A DNA stretch of 64,000 nt, from contig CASFNR010000004.1 in assembly GCA_949296115.1 (NCBI GenBank), forward strand, positions 3,097-67,096, given 5' to 3'. The stretch is from an uncultured Eubacteriales bacterium. GTDB taxonomy: Bacteria > Bacillota > Clostridia > Oscillospirales > Oscillospiraceae. Positions 10,173 to 20,897 of this stretch are shown piece after piece. Made by a program: the position numbers and the translations under genes. The notes under the pieces are model-generated. The model worked only from the letters and a program-made list of their open reading frames with translations, did no database searches and was not told the DNA's origin. The first letter of the stretch is position 1. Every line of letters starts with the position of its first letter.

Positions 10173-11438
10173 TTATCGTTTCCCAGAAAGCTTCTCTCTG
10201 GGGTGAGCGGTGTCCCGCACAATCGTGGGGTTATCGCCCTCCACCGCTTCCGGTGTAATAATGACTTTCTTGATGGAAAGGTCAGATGGAATCAGGAACA
10301 TGATGCTGGTCATGATTTTCTCCATGATGGCACGCAATCCCCGGGCGCCGATCTGCCGGTCAATGGCCTTCTGCGCAATGTCCAGCAGCGCCTCGTCTGT
10401 GATTTCCAGCTGAACGCCGTCCATCCGAAGCAGCTCCTGATATTGGCGGGTCAGCGCATTTTTCGGCTCCACCAGAATCCGCACCAAATCATTCTGGGAC
10501 AGGCTCTGCAGGGTCGTGATAACCGGCATCCGGCCAACCAGCTCCGGAATAATGCCAAACTTCAGCAGGTCGTGGGGTTCCACCTGGGCCAGCAGCGTAC
10601 CAACGTCCCGTTTGCTCCGGCTCTGCACCGGCGAATCAAAGCCAATGGCGCTTTTGTCCGTCCGCTTCTCAATAATCTTATCCAAGCCGTCGAATGCACC
10701 GCCGCAGATGAACAGGATATTGGTGGTATCAACCTGAATCATTTCCTGCTGAGGATGTTTCCGTCCGCCCTGGGGCGGTACATTGGCAACAGTTCCCTCC
10801 AAAATTTTCAGCAGGGCCTGCTGCACGCCTTCTCCGGACACGTCCCGGGTGATGGAGGTATTTTCACTCTTACGGGCGATCTTATCCATCTCATCGATGT
10901 AGATGATGCCATGTTCCGCCAGATTGACGTCAAAATCCGCCGCCTGGAGCAAACGCAGCAAGATATTCTCCACATCGTCGCCCACATATCCAGCTTCCGT
11001 CAGCGTTGTGGCATCGGCGATGGCAAAGGGAACATTCAGAATCTTGGCCAGGGTCTGGGCAAAGAGGGTCTTGCCGCTGCCCGTAGGGCCAATGAGCAGA
11101 ATGTTGCTCTTCTGCAGTTCCACCTCAGAATCCGCGCCGAAATAAATGCGCTTATAGTGATTGTACACGGCCACAGACAGCGCAACCTTGGCATCCTCCT
11201 GACCAACAATGTAGTGGTCCATAAAGGATTTGATTTCCATGGGAGAAGGGAGCCGTTCCGGCGCCTTCTCCACCGGCTGAACTCCCGGATCAATTTCATC
11301 ACGGAGCAGATCACTGCAGGCTGCCACACAGTCGCTGCAGATGTACACCCCAGGACCGGCAATCAGCCGGGAGACCTGGGTTTCCCGCTTCCCGCAGAAG
11401 CTGCAGCGAACCGGCGGCTGCCCATTATTTTTTGCCAT
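10173..11438 (-). CDS. clpX: ATP-dependent Clp protease ATPase ClpX
   Basis: CSFC..C..C zinc finger, [27 protein letters not shown] loop. Confidence 0.97.
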   Translation of the reverse strand: MAKNNGQPPVRCSFCGKRETQVSRLIAGPGVYICSDCVAACSDLLRDEIDPGVQPVEKAPERLPSPMEIKSFMDHYIVGQEDAKVALSVAVYNHYKRIYFGADSEVELQKSNILLIGPTGSGKTLFAQTLAKILNVPFAIADATTLTEAGYVGDDVENILLRLLQAADFDVNLAEHGIIYIDEMDKIARKSENTSITRDVSGEGVQQALLKILEGTVANVPPQGGRKHPQQEMIQVDTTNILFICGGAFDGLDKIIEKRTDKSAIGFDSPVQSRSKRDVGTLLAQVEPHDLLKFGIIPELVGRMPVITTLQSLSQNDLVRILVEPKNALTRQYQELLRMDGVQLEITDEALLDIAQKAIDRQIGARGLRAIMEKIMTSIMFLIPSDLSIKKVIITPEAVEGDNPTIVRDTAHPREKLSGKR

Positions 11439-11464
11439 GAACCTGGTACCTCGTTTCTATGGTT

Positions 11465-12046
11465 TTAGTGGTGCTCCAGAACCCGGTCGATCAATCCGAA
11501 CGCCTTGGCTTCATCAGCAGACATGAAGTTGTCCCGCTCACAGGCAGAAGTCACTTCTTCAATGGACTTTCCGGTATTTTCAGAGAGAATCCGGTTCATC
11601 CGTGCCTTGATGGTTTCCAAACGACGCAGATGAATCGCCATGTCCGTAATCTGGCCCTGGGTTCCGGCAGAGGGCTGATGGATCATGATTTCAGAATTGG
11701 GAAGGGCCATCCGTTTTCCCTTGGCGCCTGCGCTGAGCAAAAATGCACCCATGGAGGCCGCCATGCCCACACAAATGGTTGCAACATCACACTTGATGTA
11801 CTGCATGGTGTCGTAAATGGCCATACCGGCAGTCACACTGCCGCCGGGGCTGTTGATATAGAACTGAATATCCTTGTCCGGGTCCTGAGCTTCCAGGTAC
11901 AGCAGCTGTGCTACAACCAGAGAAGCCGTGGTGTCATTGACCTCCTCGGACAGGAAAATAATGCGGTCATTGAGCAAACGGGAGAAAATATCATAGCTGC
12001 GTTCGCCGCGGCTGGTCTGCTCTACAACATAGGGAACCAAACTCAT
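11465..12046 (-). CDS. clpP: ClpP protease
   Basis: [22 protein letters not shown]. Confidence 0.97.
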   Translation of the reverse strand: MSLVPYVVEQTSRGERSYDIFSRLLNDRIIFLSEEVNDTTASLVVAQLLYLEAQDPDKDIQFYINSPGGSVTAGMAIYDTMQYIKCDVATICVGMAASMGAFLLSAGAKGKRMALPNSEIMIHQPSAGTQGQITDMAIHLRRLETIKARMNRILSENTGKSIEEVTSACERDNFMSADEAKAFGLIDRVLEHH

Positions 12047-12126
12047 GGTGATGTCTCCTTTCAAAGGGTTTGAAACATTCTAACCATTGCACCGGGTGCT
12101 TATTCCAAACAGGAACCTGTTTTGAA

Positions 12127-12154
12127 CAGGAACCGGTGAATTCACCGGTTCCTG
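12127..12154 (-). terminator. hairpin between tig and clpP
   Basis: CAGGAACCGGTGAATTCACCGGTTCCTG perfect palindrome. Confidence 0.6.
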
Positions 12155-12164
12155 AGACAGTTCA

Positions 12165-13466
12165 TCAAGCCTCGGTCTTTTCTTCGGCCTTGGGCGCTAC
12201 CGCAACTGCACTGTCGGTAATGACCTTGATGGCCTTCCGGGAAGTCAGGCTGCCGGTGATTTCACCCATGGGCACCATTTCCTTCACCTTGGCCAGCTCC
12301 AGCTGATACTGATCGGCCAGGGACTGGAACTCGGCTTCGATCTCCTCTTCAGTGACGGTCAGGCCTTCCGCTTCCACAATCTTCTCCAGGGTCACGCTGA
12401 TCTTGGCCTGCTTCTCCGCAGCAGGACGGAAGGCATTGCGCATGGTGCTCACATCGCCGCCCATCATCTTGGCATACTGCTCCATGGAGTAGCCGCTCAT
12501 CTGCAGCTGATAGGCAAAGCGCTCCATCTGGGTATCCAGCTCCGCTTCCACCAGAGCCTTGGGCATATCCACCGTGGTATTCTCGGCGGCCTTCTCCACA
12601 GCAGCCTGCTCAAAAGCGGAATCCGCCTGCTTCTGGGCCTGCTCCAGAGCCTTGGCGCGGATATCAGCCTTCAGCTCTTCCAGCGTATCAAACTCGGACA
12701 CATCCTTGGCAAACTCATCGTCCTGCTCCGGAACATTGGTTACGGTGACCTTGTTCAGCTTCACATGGAACACAACGGGCTTACCGGCCAGCTCAGCATG
12801 GTAGTCCTCGGGGAAAGTGATGTCAATGTCCTTCTCCTCGCCGGCAGTCATACCCACAATCTGCTCCTCAAAGCCGGGGACAAACTGACCGGAGCCGAGC
12901 TTCAGGTCAAAATCATTGCCCTTGCCGCCCTCGAAGGGGACGCCATTGTCAAAGCCCTCGAAGTCAATGTTGGCCGTATCGCCCATCTGGGCGGCCCGCT
13001 CCACCGTTTCCGTGGAAGCCACATTCTGGGCCATCCGGTCCAGTTCCGCCTGAACCTGAGCATCGGAAACAGACACTTCCGCCTTCTCAACCTCCAGGCC
13101 CTTGTACTGGCCCAGGGTAACCTCCGGATAGACCTCGGTGGACAGTGTCAGGGTCACAACGCCATCCTCACCAATCTGCATGTCGGTCAGGCTGGGACGG
13201 CCAACGGCTTTGAACTCCTGCTTGGCAACCGCAAAATCATAAACCTCGGGGAAGATTTCTTCCAGACCATCTTCATAGAAGACATGGGCGCCGTACATGG
13301 CCTCGATCATCTTCCGGGGAGCCTTACCCTTCCGGAAGCCGGGGATCTGGATGTTCTTGCGGGCCTTCATGTACGCCTTGTTAACGCCGGTCTCCATCAG
13401 TTCCTTGTCGATTTCCACCACGATGGTGGCTTCATTTCCTTTTCTGTCGATGCTCTTTACATTCAT
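12165..13466 (-). CDS. tig: trigger factor
   Basis: IPGFRKGKAP signature, FKBP domain (FVPGFEEQ). Confidence 0.96.
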   Translation of the reverse strand: MNVKSIDRKGNEATIVVEIDKELMETGVNKAYMKARKNIQIPGFRKGKAPRKMIEAMYGAHVFYEDGLEEIFPEVYDFAVAKQEFKAVGRPSLTDMQIGEDGVVTLTLSTEVYPEVTLGQYKGLEVEKAEVSVSDAQVQAELDRMAQNVASTETVERAAQMGDTANIDFEGFDNGVPFEGGKGNDFDLKLGSGQFVPGFEEQIVGMTAGEEKDIDITFPEDYHAELAGKPVVFHVKLNKVTVTNVPEQDDEFAKDVSEFDTLEELKADIRAKALEQAQKQADSAFEQAAVEKAAENTTVDMPKALVEAELDTQMERFAYQLQMSGYSMEQYAKMMGGDVSTMRNAFRPAAEKQAKISVTLEKIVEAEGLTVTEEEIEAEFQSLADQYQLELAKVKEMVPMGEITGSLTSRKAIKVITDSAVAVAPKAEEKTEA

Positions 13467-13584
13467 TTGGTGTAATCCTCCTAAATTGGTTCGCATAGCG
13501 AGACCATTCTATATATTTTTACATAGCCGATTTATTCTATCAAAATATCCGGCTTTTGTCCATACTTTTCTGAAAATTCTTTTA

Positions 13585-14271
13585 CTAAATTACGCTTAAG
13601 GGACAGAATCGAAGATAATCTGCAGATACCAGCCGGAACTCCACGCCGTCCCACAGCCCCTCCATGGCAAGCTTATGGCTTGCGCCATGGAGATGTCCAT
13701 AAAAGCACCGCCGTACTGCATATTGTTCCAGCAAATCCAGAATCTCTCTGCACGCATAACCTTTGTAGCGGGGAGGATAGTGCAAAAAAACCAGCTTTCT
13801 TGCATCTCCGGCAGCCTTCAGCGATGCCTCCAGCCGCATAAGCTCCCTGCGAAATACCTTTTCATCATGCTCGCCGGATTTTTCTTCCTCAAAAAACCAG
13901 CCCCTGGTGCCGCAGATTGCCCATTCCTCATAAAAAAAGCAGTTATTGTTCAGAAGATGCAGGTTGTCGAACCCATTCTCCACGCAGAAACGCTGAAATT
14001 TCGCTGCGGTACTCCACCAGTAATCGTGGTTTCCCTTGAGAATGATCTTTCTGCCGGGAATCCGGTTAATCCACTGAAAATCCGCTTTGGCTCCCTCCAA
14101 ATCCAGCGCCCAGCTCAGGTCGCCCAGCAGCACTGTGGTGTCCTCCGGTCCAATCACCGACATTCCTTCCGCCAGTTTATCCATGTAACCAAGCCAGGCG
14201 CCGCCAAAAATATCCATGGGCTTCGACGCACCCAGACACAGGTGCAGATCACCGATGGCATACAGAGCCAT
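13585..14271 (-). CDS. calcineurin-like metallophosphoesterase
   Basis: DLH, GDLSW, GNHD, GHLH motifs. Confidence 0.88.
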   Translation of the reverse strand: MALYAIGDLHLCLGASKPMDIFGGAWLGYMDKLAEGMSVIGPEDTTVLLGDLSWALDLEGAKADFQWINRIPGRKIILKGNHDYWWSTAAKFQRFCVENGFDNLHLLNNNCFFYEEWAICGTRGWFFEEEKSGEHDEKVFRRELMRLEASLKAAGDARKLVFLHYPPRYKGYACREILDLLEQYAVRRCFYGHLHGASHKLAMEGLWDGVEFRLVSADYLRFCPLSVI

Positions 14272-14291
14272 AAAACACCTCTTTCCGTTAA

Positions 14292-15308
14292 TTATCCTAG
14301 GATTTTCAGCACTTCATCTCCTGAAACGCCCAATGACCGGGCAACAAAATCCAAGTCACCCTGGGGGCCGCGATCCAACAGCACCACTGCGTTTCCGGTC
14401 AAACCGGTTTTGGCCCGGTAATCCAGCAGACCGCCGTAAGCCAGTGCGCCAGCAGAGGAGAGCAAATAGCCGTGGCTGCGGAAAACATTGGGGATGGTTG
14501 ATTTTAACCGCTGGCTGCTTACCACACTGACAAATAATCCATCCCTCATCCGGTGAAGAAGCGCCTCCGGCGGGGTATAGGTTCCGCCCTTGCGGCAACA
14601 GTCCAGGTAATGCTCCACAGCTTTCTCTCCGCCGCAGAACTGCACCAGTCGCTCCAGATCCTCCGGCAACGCCACATCTGCCTCCGGCACCGCTGTCTGA
14701 ACACTGACGGTATTGGTTCGGATCTGTCCATGGCACAGCAAATCCCAGAGTGAATGGTTTTCATTGCAGCAGCAGATGATATTCCGAACCGGGAGTCCCC
14801 ATTGTCGGGCGTAAATAGCGCTGATGGGGCCGGAAAAGTCCCCACAGACCAGTGCAACATCCGCCTCTTCTACCCCTCCCTCCCGCAATTGGGAAAAAAG
14901 GCCGAACAAGACCGCAATGCGCACCGCAATTCTGGCCCAATTTCCAGGAAGTTTGGGATTGATTTTCAACTTCTCCGACAGTCCGGAGAGGATACTTGCA
15001 TAGTTCCACTGTGGGTTATGCCACAATTCCCCCGCATAAATCCGGTGAGGCAGGGAATGCAGCCGGACAGGGTGGCGTCCAATCCCAAAGTCTACATCCA
15101 CCGCCGACAAATCCGAGCGGAACAAGAGATTCAAGGTCTGCGCAACACACCCATTGAACGGGCGTTCCAGCAGCGACTCTGCTTCTTCCGGCGTAATCGC
15201 AGGCATCCGAAACGGCAGAAACAGTCCGCCATCCGGTCCGCGATTGTCCTGCAGCGCACGCTGGGCGGTAAATACATCCCGGTTACTTCGTGTGGTTACA
15301 TACAGCAC
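14292..15308 (-). CDS. threonine-synthase-like protein, truncated and lacking the PLP lysine
   Basis: YVTTR..DGGLFLP N-domain, GLPVRNIICCCNEN, LERL; HGPTxAFKD replaced by HNPQWNY. Confidence 0.75.
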   Translation of the reverse strand: MLYVTTRSNRDVFTAQRALQDNRGPDGGLFLPFRMPAITPEEAESLLERPFNGCVAQTLNLLFRSDLSAVDVDFGIGRHPVRLHSLPHRIYAGELWHNPQWNYASILSGLSEKLKINPKLPGNWARIAVRIAVLFGLFSQLREGGVEEADVALVCGDFSGPISAIYARQWGLPVRNIICCCNENHSLWDLLCHGQIRTNTVSVQTAVPEADVALPEDLERLVQFCGGEKAVEHYLDCCRKGGTYTPPEALLHRMRDGLFVSVVSSQRLKSTIPNVFRSHGYLLSSAGALAYGGLLDYRAKTGLTGNAVVLLDRGPQGDLDFVARSLGVSGDEVLKILG

Positions 15309-16248
15309 GCCGCATCACTCCCATGGCGTTGTCCCAAAAAATCTGATGAACAATGGATTCCCCCGCTCCCCGCTCCAGCAGGCGGCGGGCAAACGCAGGC
15401 CAGCTCTCCACACCGGAGAAGCCTTCCGGTGTTTCACTGATTCCATCCAGGTCTCCGCCCAGGGCAATGTGCCTGCCCTCCGGGTCAAGTTCCAGAAAAT
15501 GAAATACATGATCGCACATGGTATCCAGGGTGGGATTTTCCCCCAGGAACGCCGTACAGACGTTGAGTCCGGCGAGTCCGCCGGTTTGGCAGATGGCCCG
15601 GAACATCTCGTCAGTCAGATTTCGGCTGTTGTCACAGATCGCCCGGCTGTTGGAATGAGTCGCCAGGATCGGGGCGTCGGTGATTTCCATCATATCCCAG
15701 AACCCCTGATCGCTGATGTGGCTGACGTCAATCAGCATGCCAAGCCGCTGGGCCTCCCACACATACTCCCGCCCCTGATCGGTCAGCCCTCCCCCGGTTT
15801 TATGGGAGCCGGTCAGGGGATTTTGCTCATTCCACCCCAGCGAAGAAATCCGGAACCCAACGGCACACAAATCCTCCAACAAGGCCGGATCATGGCCAAA
15901 GCCAGCCGTTCCCTCCAGGGTTAAGATCGCAGACATCAACCCACGCTCCCGGTTTTCCTCAATATCCCGGGCGGAATAGGCAATGGCAATCCGATCGGCA
16001 TTTTGATTGACCTCCCGCTGAATCGTGGCCAGTTCCCGCTCAAAAATTACCACCGGAGAGACACCGCCCCCCTCCTCACGAGGGGAGGTGGTAAAGCATC
16101 CGAAGCACTGGGCATAACCGTCCAGCAGCGATGCACGTTCCAGATCAATGTGAAGCCCATTTTTCCGCAGACTTCCCGCCTGATTCAGGTCCTCCCCAAG
16201 GAGGGCCAGCGCTGTGTCACAGTGAAAATCAAATACCGGAAACTTCAT
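15283..16248 (-). CDS. membrane dipeptidase (peptidase M19)
   Basis: DFHCDT, LEG, DVSH, THSN, GDLDG. Confidence 0.9.
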   Translation of the reverse strand: MKFPVFDFHCDTALALLGEDLNQAGSLRKNGLHIDLERASLLDGYAQCFGCFTTSPREEGGGVSPVVIFERELATIQREVNQNADRIAIAYSARDIEENRERGLMSAILTLEGTAGFGHDPALLEDLCAVGFRISSLGWNEQNPLTGSHKTGGGLTDQGREYVWEAQRLGMLIDVSHISDQGFWDMMEITDAPILATHSNSRAICDNSRNLTDEMFRAICQTGGLAGLNVCTAFLGENPTLDTMCDHVFHFLELDPEGRHIALGGDLDGISETPEGFSGVESWPAFARRLLERGAGESIVHQIFWDNAMGVMRRAVCNHTK

Positions 16249-16610
16249 TGAAACGCATCCTCCAAATGATTGATTTTGGGATGTAGGGTATCCATCCCTT
16301 CTGGCGCGTAAATTTCAATTACATCGAACCGGGGCTGAAGCGTCGTTGGGTACGCCGCCAGATAAACGGAAGCGGTGGTTCGGAGCCTGTCCTGCTTTCT
16401 CCGACCAACATACTCCATCGCCCGGGCGAAATCCGGCGATTTACGGAGCTTGACCTCAACAAAAACCAAAAATTTCCGATCCGACACAATCAGATCAATT
16501 TCCCCGAAGCGGCACCGATAGCCCTGGGCCAAAATCTGGTAGTGACGTCTCCTCAAATACTCTGCCGCAAGCGCCTCGCCCCAGGCCCCGGATAAGTTAT
16601 TTTTTCCCAT
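16245..16610 (-). CDS. yraN: YraN family protein (UPF0102)
   Basis: GEIDLI..FVEVK, RFDVI. Confidence 0.9.
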   Translation of the reverse strand: MGKNNLSGAWGEALAAEYLRRRHYQILAQGYRCRFGEIDLIVSDRKFLVFVEVKLRKSPDFARAMEYVGRRKQDRLRTTASVYLAAYPTTLQPRFDVIEIYAPEGMDTLHPKINHLEDAFQ

Positions 16611-17211
16611 AGAATGACTTCAAAAAGGTCTTTCGATGTACCTCCGAAGGCCCATAAGCTTCCAATGCCTGGTAATGCGCCCTGGTTCCATAACCCTTGT
16701 GTACCTCAAACCCGTACTGCGGATACTTCTGCGCCAGCTGAATCATCAGATCATCCCGGCTTACCTTCGCCAGTATGGAGGCCGCCGCTATATTGGCGCT
16801 GAGGCTGTCACCCTTGACCACCGTCCGGACCGGAATGCCAAAATCCGTTTCCCGGTTTCCATCGATTAGCGCCAGTTCCGGCAGGGTTCCCAGCTGGGCC
16901 AGCGCCCGCTTCATGGCAAGAAATGTTGCCTGCAGAATATTCAATTCATCTATTTCCTGCTCCGAAGCAAATCCAATGCCGAACGCAATTGCCTGCTCCT
17001 GAATCAGCGGGAACAGTTCCCGCCGTTTTTTATCCGAAAGCTTCTTGCTGTCCGTCAATCCCGGAATTTCCAGGTGCTGGGGCAGCATCACCGCAGCCGC
17101 ACAGACCGGCCCTGCCAGAGGCCCTCTGCCTGCCTCATCCACGCCGCAGATGGCTCCGATCCCTTGGGCATAGAAGCTGTCCTCAATTTCCCACATATTC
17201 GGTGTACTCAT
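16597..17211 (-). CDS. rnhB: ribonuclease HII
   Basis: GVDEAGRGPLAGPV, DSKKL, AAASILAK, HKGYGT. Confidence 0.96.
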   Translation of the reverse strand: MSTPNMWEIEDSFYAQGIGAICGVDEAGRGPLAGPVCAAAVMLPQHLEIPGLTDSKKLSDKKRRELFPLIQEQAIAFGIGFASEQEIDELNILQATFLAMKRALAQLGTLPELALIDGNRETDFGIPVRTVVKGDSLSANIAAASILAKVSRDDLMIQLAQKYPQYGFEVHKGYGTRAHYQALEAYGPSEVHRKTFLKSFYGKK

Positions 17212-18080
17212 GGCATATCCTCCGGCATTTCCAAGGTAAATTTCCCAAGTTTCCCGCTGCGGAATTCCTCCAGCAGGACCTTAGACATCCGTTCGGTATT
17301 CACTTCCCCGCCGGATATTAGGTATCCCCGGTTCCGGCCAGCCTGCTCTATCAATTCCCAGCCCGGCGTTCCCTGGGGTGCTTCCACCTTGTAGCGCTCC
17401 GAAAGGGTTTGTGGATAAAATCGGTGAAGCAGTCCCATCAGGCGGCAGGCAAGTTCCTCCACGTCAATGACGTCCTCTTTCACCGCTCCCGTATAGGCCA
17501 GCATCATCCCCACATTTGGGTCCTCAAATTTGGGCCAGAGAATGCCGGGGGTGTCCAGCAGCAGCAATCCGCTGTCCACCGTTACCCACTGTTTTCCCCG
17601 GGTAACGCCGGGACGGTTCTCCGCCTTGGCGCCCTTGCGTCCCGAAATCTGATTGATTAACGTGGATTTTCCCACGTTTGGAATGCCGACCACCATTACC
17701 CGCAGCGGGCGGCTCATCCCCCGGGCAGCATCCCGGTTCAGCTTCTCCGCACAGGCCGCTCTGGCCGCCGGTGTAAAATCCACAATTCCCCGTCTGCTTT
17801 TGCAGTCGGTGGCAATAACCGCCATTCCTCTGTTTCTGAAGTAGGAGGCCCACTTCTGCGTCGCCGCCGGGTCCGCCAGATCCATCCGGTTCAGAACCAA
17901 AATCCGGGGCTTCCCTCCGCAAAGAGCGTCAATATCCGGATTCCTGCTGGAAACCGGGATGCGGGCATCCACGATTTCACAGACCGCATCCACCTGTTTC
18001 AGATCAGCCTCGATCTGACGTCTGGTTTTGGTCATGTGCCCCGGATACCATTGAATATTCATCTGTTCCTTCTGATTCAT
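17208..18080 (-). CDS. rbgA: ribosome biogenesis GTPase RbgA/YlqF
   Basis: IQWYPGHM, GIPNVGKST, DTPGIL. Confidence 0.95.
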   Translation of the reverse strand: MNQKEQMNIQWYPGHMTKTRRQIEADLKQVDAVCEIVDARIPVSSRNPDIDALCGGKPRILVLNRMDLADPAATQKWASYFRNRGMAVIATDCKSRRGIVDFTPAARAACAEKLNRDAARGMSRPLRVMVVGIPNVGKSTLINQISGRKGAKAENRPGVTRGKQWVTVDSGLLLLDTPGILWPKFEDPNVGMMLAYTGAVKEDVIDVEELACRLMGLLHRFYPQTLSERYKVEAPQGTPGWELIEQAGRNRGYLISGGEVNTERMSKVLLEEFRSGKLGKFTLEMPEDMP

Positions 18081-18670
18081 TGAATGGCTCCTGTTCTGCT
18101 GAAATCCCGCTGCTGCATCCCATGATTGGTGCCGGGCAGCATCAGGCAAAGGGCTTTTCCCAAGACCTCACGCTTATCGATTTGCCCAATTTCCGGGGAA
18201 CGGCTGTCCTGGGACACCCCGCGGTTGTCTCCCAGTACAAAAATACAGTCCTGATCAACCGTCAGAGGAAACTGTGTTCCCTCTTCACGGGTTGTCAGGT
18301 TGTTGATATAGGGTTCCTCCAGGGGCTCTCCATCCACATAGACAATCCCCGCTTCAAAATCAATGTCCACCATCTGTCCCTCTGTGGCAATCACACGCTT
18401 GATGATTGGACGGCCGTCATCAAAGGCCTTCTTGCTGATGACCACTATATCCCCCTGCTGGGGTTCCTTGTAAAATGTGTTGCTCAGCAGAAGCACATAG
18501 TCACCGTCCCAGAGGGTATCATACATCGAGTCACCGGAGACAACGATTACCCGGAACAGCAGCAGGAATACAACAAAGATCCCTGCCAGAAGAAAAAGCC
18601 AGTCGTGCAGGTACGCAACAACCGTTTTCTTCCAGTCCGGCTTCTTCTTTTCCATTTCTTTCGGAGCCAT
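18077..18670 (-). CDS. lepB: signal peptidase I
   Basis: VSGDSM, IIKRVI, GDNR..S.DSR. Confidence 0.93.
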   Translation of the reverse strand: MAPKEMEKKKPDWKKTVVAYLHDWLFLLAGIFVVFLLLFRVIVVSGDSMYDTLWDGDYVLLLSNTFYKEPQQGDIVVISKKAFDDGRPIIKRVIATEGQMVDIDFEAGIVYVDGEPLEEPYINNLTTREEGTQFPLTVDQDCIFVLGDNRGVSQDSRSPEIGQIDKREVLGKALCLMLPGTNHGMQQRDFSRTGAIQ

Positions 18671-18810
18671 ATCCGTCCCCCCGATTCTATATCATTCTAT
18701 ATCTGAGATTTCCTGTAAAAATAAGGAAAGAAACATTCCGGAAGATAGTATATCATATGTCTGCCGGGTTTTCTACAACAATCTGTGAAGATTTTCCTGT
18801 GTCTGCGCCA

Positions 18811-18849
18811 CAAATAAAAAAAGAGGGCAACGCCCTCTCTTTTTATTTC
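18811..18849 (-). terminator. rplS terminator
   Basis: GAGGGC-aac-GCCCTC stem flanked by A/T tracts. Confidence 0.7.
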
Positions 18850-18857
18850 GTTGCGGA

Positions 18858-19199
18858 TTACACCTTTTCCTTGACCTTGGCAGCCTTGCCGAAACGGTCA
18901 CGGAGGTAGTACAGCTTCGCCCGGCGAACCTTACCCTTGCGGACGGTCTCAATCATCGCCACATTGGGGGAATGCAGGGGGAAAACCTTCTCACAGCCAA
19001 CGCCATAGGAAATCCGACGAACCGTGATGGTTTCGCCGATGCCGCCATGCTTGCGGGCAATCACGGTGCCTTCAAACACCTGGATACGCTCACGGGAGCC
19101 TTCCTTGATGCGCACATGCACACGAACGGTGTCGCCCACCCGAACCTCGGGCAGCTCTTCCTTCATGTACTGGCTGTTCAGAGCCTTGACCAAATCCAT
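18858..19199 (-). CDS. rplS: 50S ribosomal protein L19
   Basis: [26 protein letters not shown]. Confidence 0.98.
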   Translation of the reverse strand: MDLVKALNSQYMKEELPEVRVGDTVRVHVRIKEGSRERIQVFEGTVIARKHGGIGETITVRRISYGVGCEKVFPLHSPNVAMIETVRKGKVRRAKLYYLRDRFGKAAKVKEKV

Positions 19200-19221
19200 T
19201 TTCGTGTCCTCCTTAAATATT

Positions 19222-19262
19222 AGGCGTTCATGCTCATCGTTTCCGTGGCAGAGGACTCACCT
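19222..19262 (-). ncRNA. L19 leader (ribosomal-protein autoregulatory RNA), putative
   Basis: GGTGAGTCCTCTG...CATGAACGCC directly upstream of the rplS RBS, resembling L19_leader from memory. Confidence 0.55.
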
Positions 19263-19304
19263 TGATTTCAGACCGAGTTATTCTACCATACTGCACATAG
19301 AAAA

Positions 19305-20708
19305 TCAAGTGCTTTTTCCTATATTTTTCCCGCTTTTTCTCTTTTGATACAGCGGATTCCAGCTTCCGGATGCGTAGCAGACCGCAAACAGGCAAAATAC
19401 CAGTAAATTATGGGCTATCATGCAGGCCCAGGCTGAAACCAGTCCCATGCCGAACAATCGGGTGCAAACAAAGGTACCCAAGATCCGGACGCCCCACATT
19501 CCACTGATTCCAAACAAAAACGGTTGAAGGGTTTTTCCCATTCCCTGCATCATTCCTTCGATGATAATGGACATTCCGTAAAACGGTTCGGAAACCGCTA
19601 CCATCCGCAGAACGGTCGCTCCCAGGGAAATCACCTCCGGGTCCCTGGAAAACAGCCTCATCATGTTCGGCGCAAACAAGTAAAGCAGCGCACCCGACAG
19701 CACCATCAGCCCTGCCTCAATCGTCAGCAGCACATGGGAAAGGTCCCGAATTCTCTGCCTGTCCTGGGCCCCCAATGCATTGCCCGCCATGGTCGCGGCT
19801 GCGGTCTGCATCCCATAGCCGGGAATATAAAACGCAGACTCCACTGTGTTGGCAACGGTATGCGCCGCCGTCGCCACATCGCCGATGGAGTTGATCATCG
19901 AGGCAAAGGCCACATATCCCAGTGACGTTCCGAAGCGCTGCAAAGCGTTGGGCAGTGCAACACGCAGACAGGGTTTCAGAACCGACCAATCCGGCTTGAG
20001 GGACTGCCCCTTGGGAGAAATGATCGGATGCCGCCATAGGGTGACCGTCATGCAAATTCCACCAACTGCAAAAGCCACCGCACTGGCCACGGCAGCGCCA
20101 ACAACCCCCATGCCCGCTCCAAAAACCGTCACGCCCCCGATTGTGCGGGTTGGGTAGATCAGCAGGAAGTTACCCACCACGTTTACCAGATTCACCAGGA
20201 CTCCGATCCGCATGGGTGATTTGGTGTCGCCCACCGAACGGAGCAGGCTTCCGAAGAGGATGGTGGCGGATCGGGCCAGCATTGGAGTATACAGGATGAA
20301 AAAATAGCGGGCCGCCAGATCCTGGATGCTCGGGTCAACCTGCATCCAAACAGGCACCCTTGCGCTCAGCCCCAGGGCCAGCACGGTGAAAAATGTACCC
20401 AAAATCAGCGTTGCAAGCACCGCCTGGGAGGCTGCCCGCCGCCCTCGCTGAATGTCCCCTGCACCGGACGCTCTCGCCACATAGGATAAAAACCCAACGC
20501 CTGCCGCAGAGAGGGTGCTGCCAAGCAGCCAGTTGACAGTGGTGGTTGAGCCAACCGCCGCTGTGGCATAGGTCCCCAGGGTGCCGACCATGGCTGTGTC
20601 GATATACTGCACCGCCGTCTGCATCAGCTGCTCCAGCATTGTCGGCCACGCCAAAGAATATATTTCCGGCAAAAGCTTTCTGTATTGTGCGGCTTTTCCC
20701 CACTCCAC
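19305..20708 (-). CDS. MATE family efflux transporter
   Basis: DTAMVG, GDTKSPM, about 12 TM segments. Confidence 0.9.
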   Translation of the reverse strand: MEWGKAAQYRKLLPEIYSLAWPTMLEQLMQTAVQYIDTAMVGTLGTYATAAVGSTTTVNWLLGSTLSAAGVGFLSYVARASGAGDIQRGRRAASQAVLATLILGTFFTVLALGLSARVPVWMQVDPSIQDLAARYFFILYTPMLARSATILFGSLLRSVGDTKSPMRIGVLVNLVNVVGNFLLIYPTRTIGGVTVFGAGMGVVGAAVASAVAFAVGGICMTVTLWRHPIISPKGQSLKPDWSVLKPCLRVALPNALQRFGTSLGYVAFASMINSIGDVATAAHTVANTVESAFYIPGYGMQTAAATMAGNALGAQDRQRIRDLSHVLLTIEAGLMVLSGALLYLFAPNMMRLFSRDPEVISLGATVLRMVAVSEPFYGMSIIIEGMMQGMGKTLQPFLFGISGMWGVRILGTFVCTRLFGMGLVSAWACMIAHNLLVFCLFAVCYASGSWNPLYQKRKSGKNIGKST

Positions 20709-20841
20709 AACCTATTTCCCCCTCAGCAGATTCTTCCGGGAGACAGTATAGCATGGGCGTTCCGCAAAGTCAAATTGCAGCTGCGCTTTGTATCGAACAG
20801 AGTATACAAAATGTCCCTCCGTTTTTCATGCACCCTGCCGC

Positions 20842-20872
20842 TTGACGAAGCGCCGTCATTCCATGGTATACT
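20842..20872 (+). promoter_or_regulatory. sigmaA promoter with 19-bp spacer (MerR-type geometry)
   Basis: TTGACG-N19-TATACT with dyad TGACG-N6-CGTCA. Confidence 0.5.
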
Positions 20873-20897
20873 AGCATAAAAAGAAGGAGATGATTTT

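Noticed and set aside
7026-11468. 746-aa and 710-aa plus-strand ORFs
   Set aside because: Antisense shadows of lon/clpX, typical of GC-rich codon bias
12070-12125. CIRCE/CtsR operator before clpP
   Set aside because: GCAC..GTGC dyad does not match CIRCE spacing; no GTCAA heptad repeats
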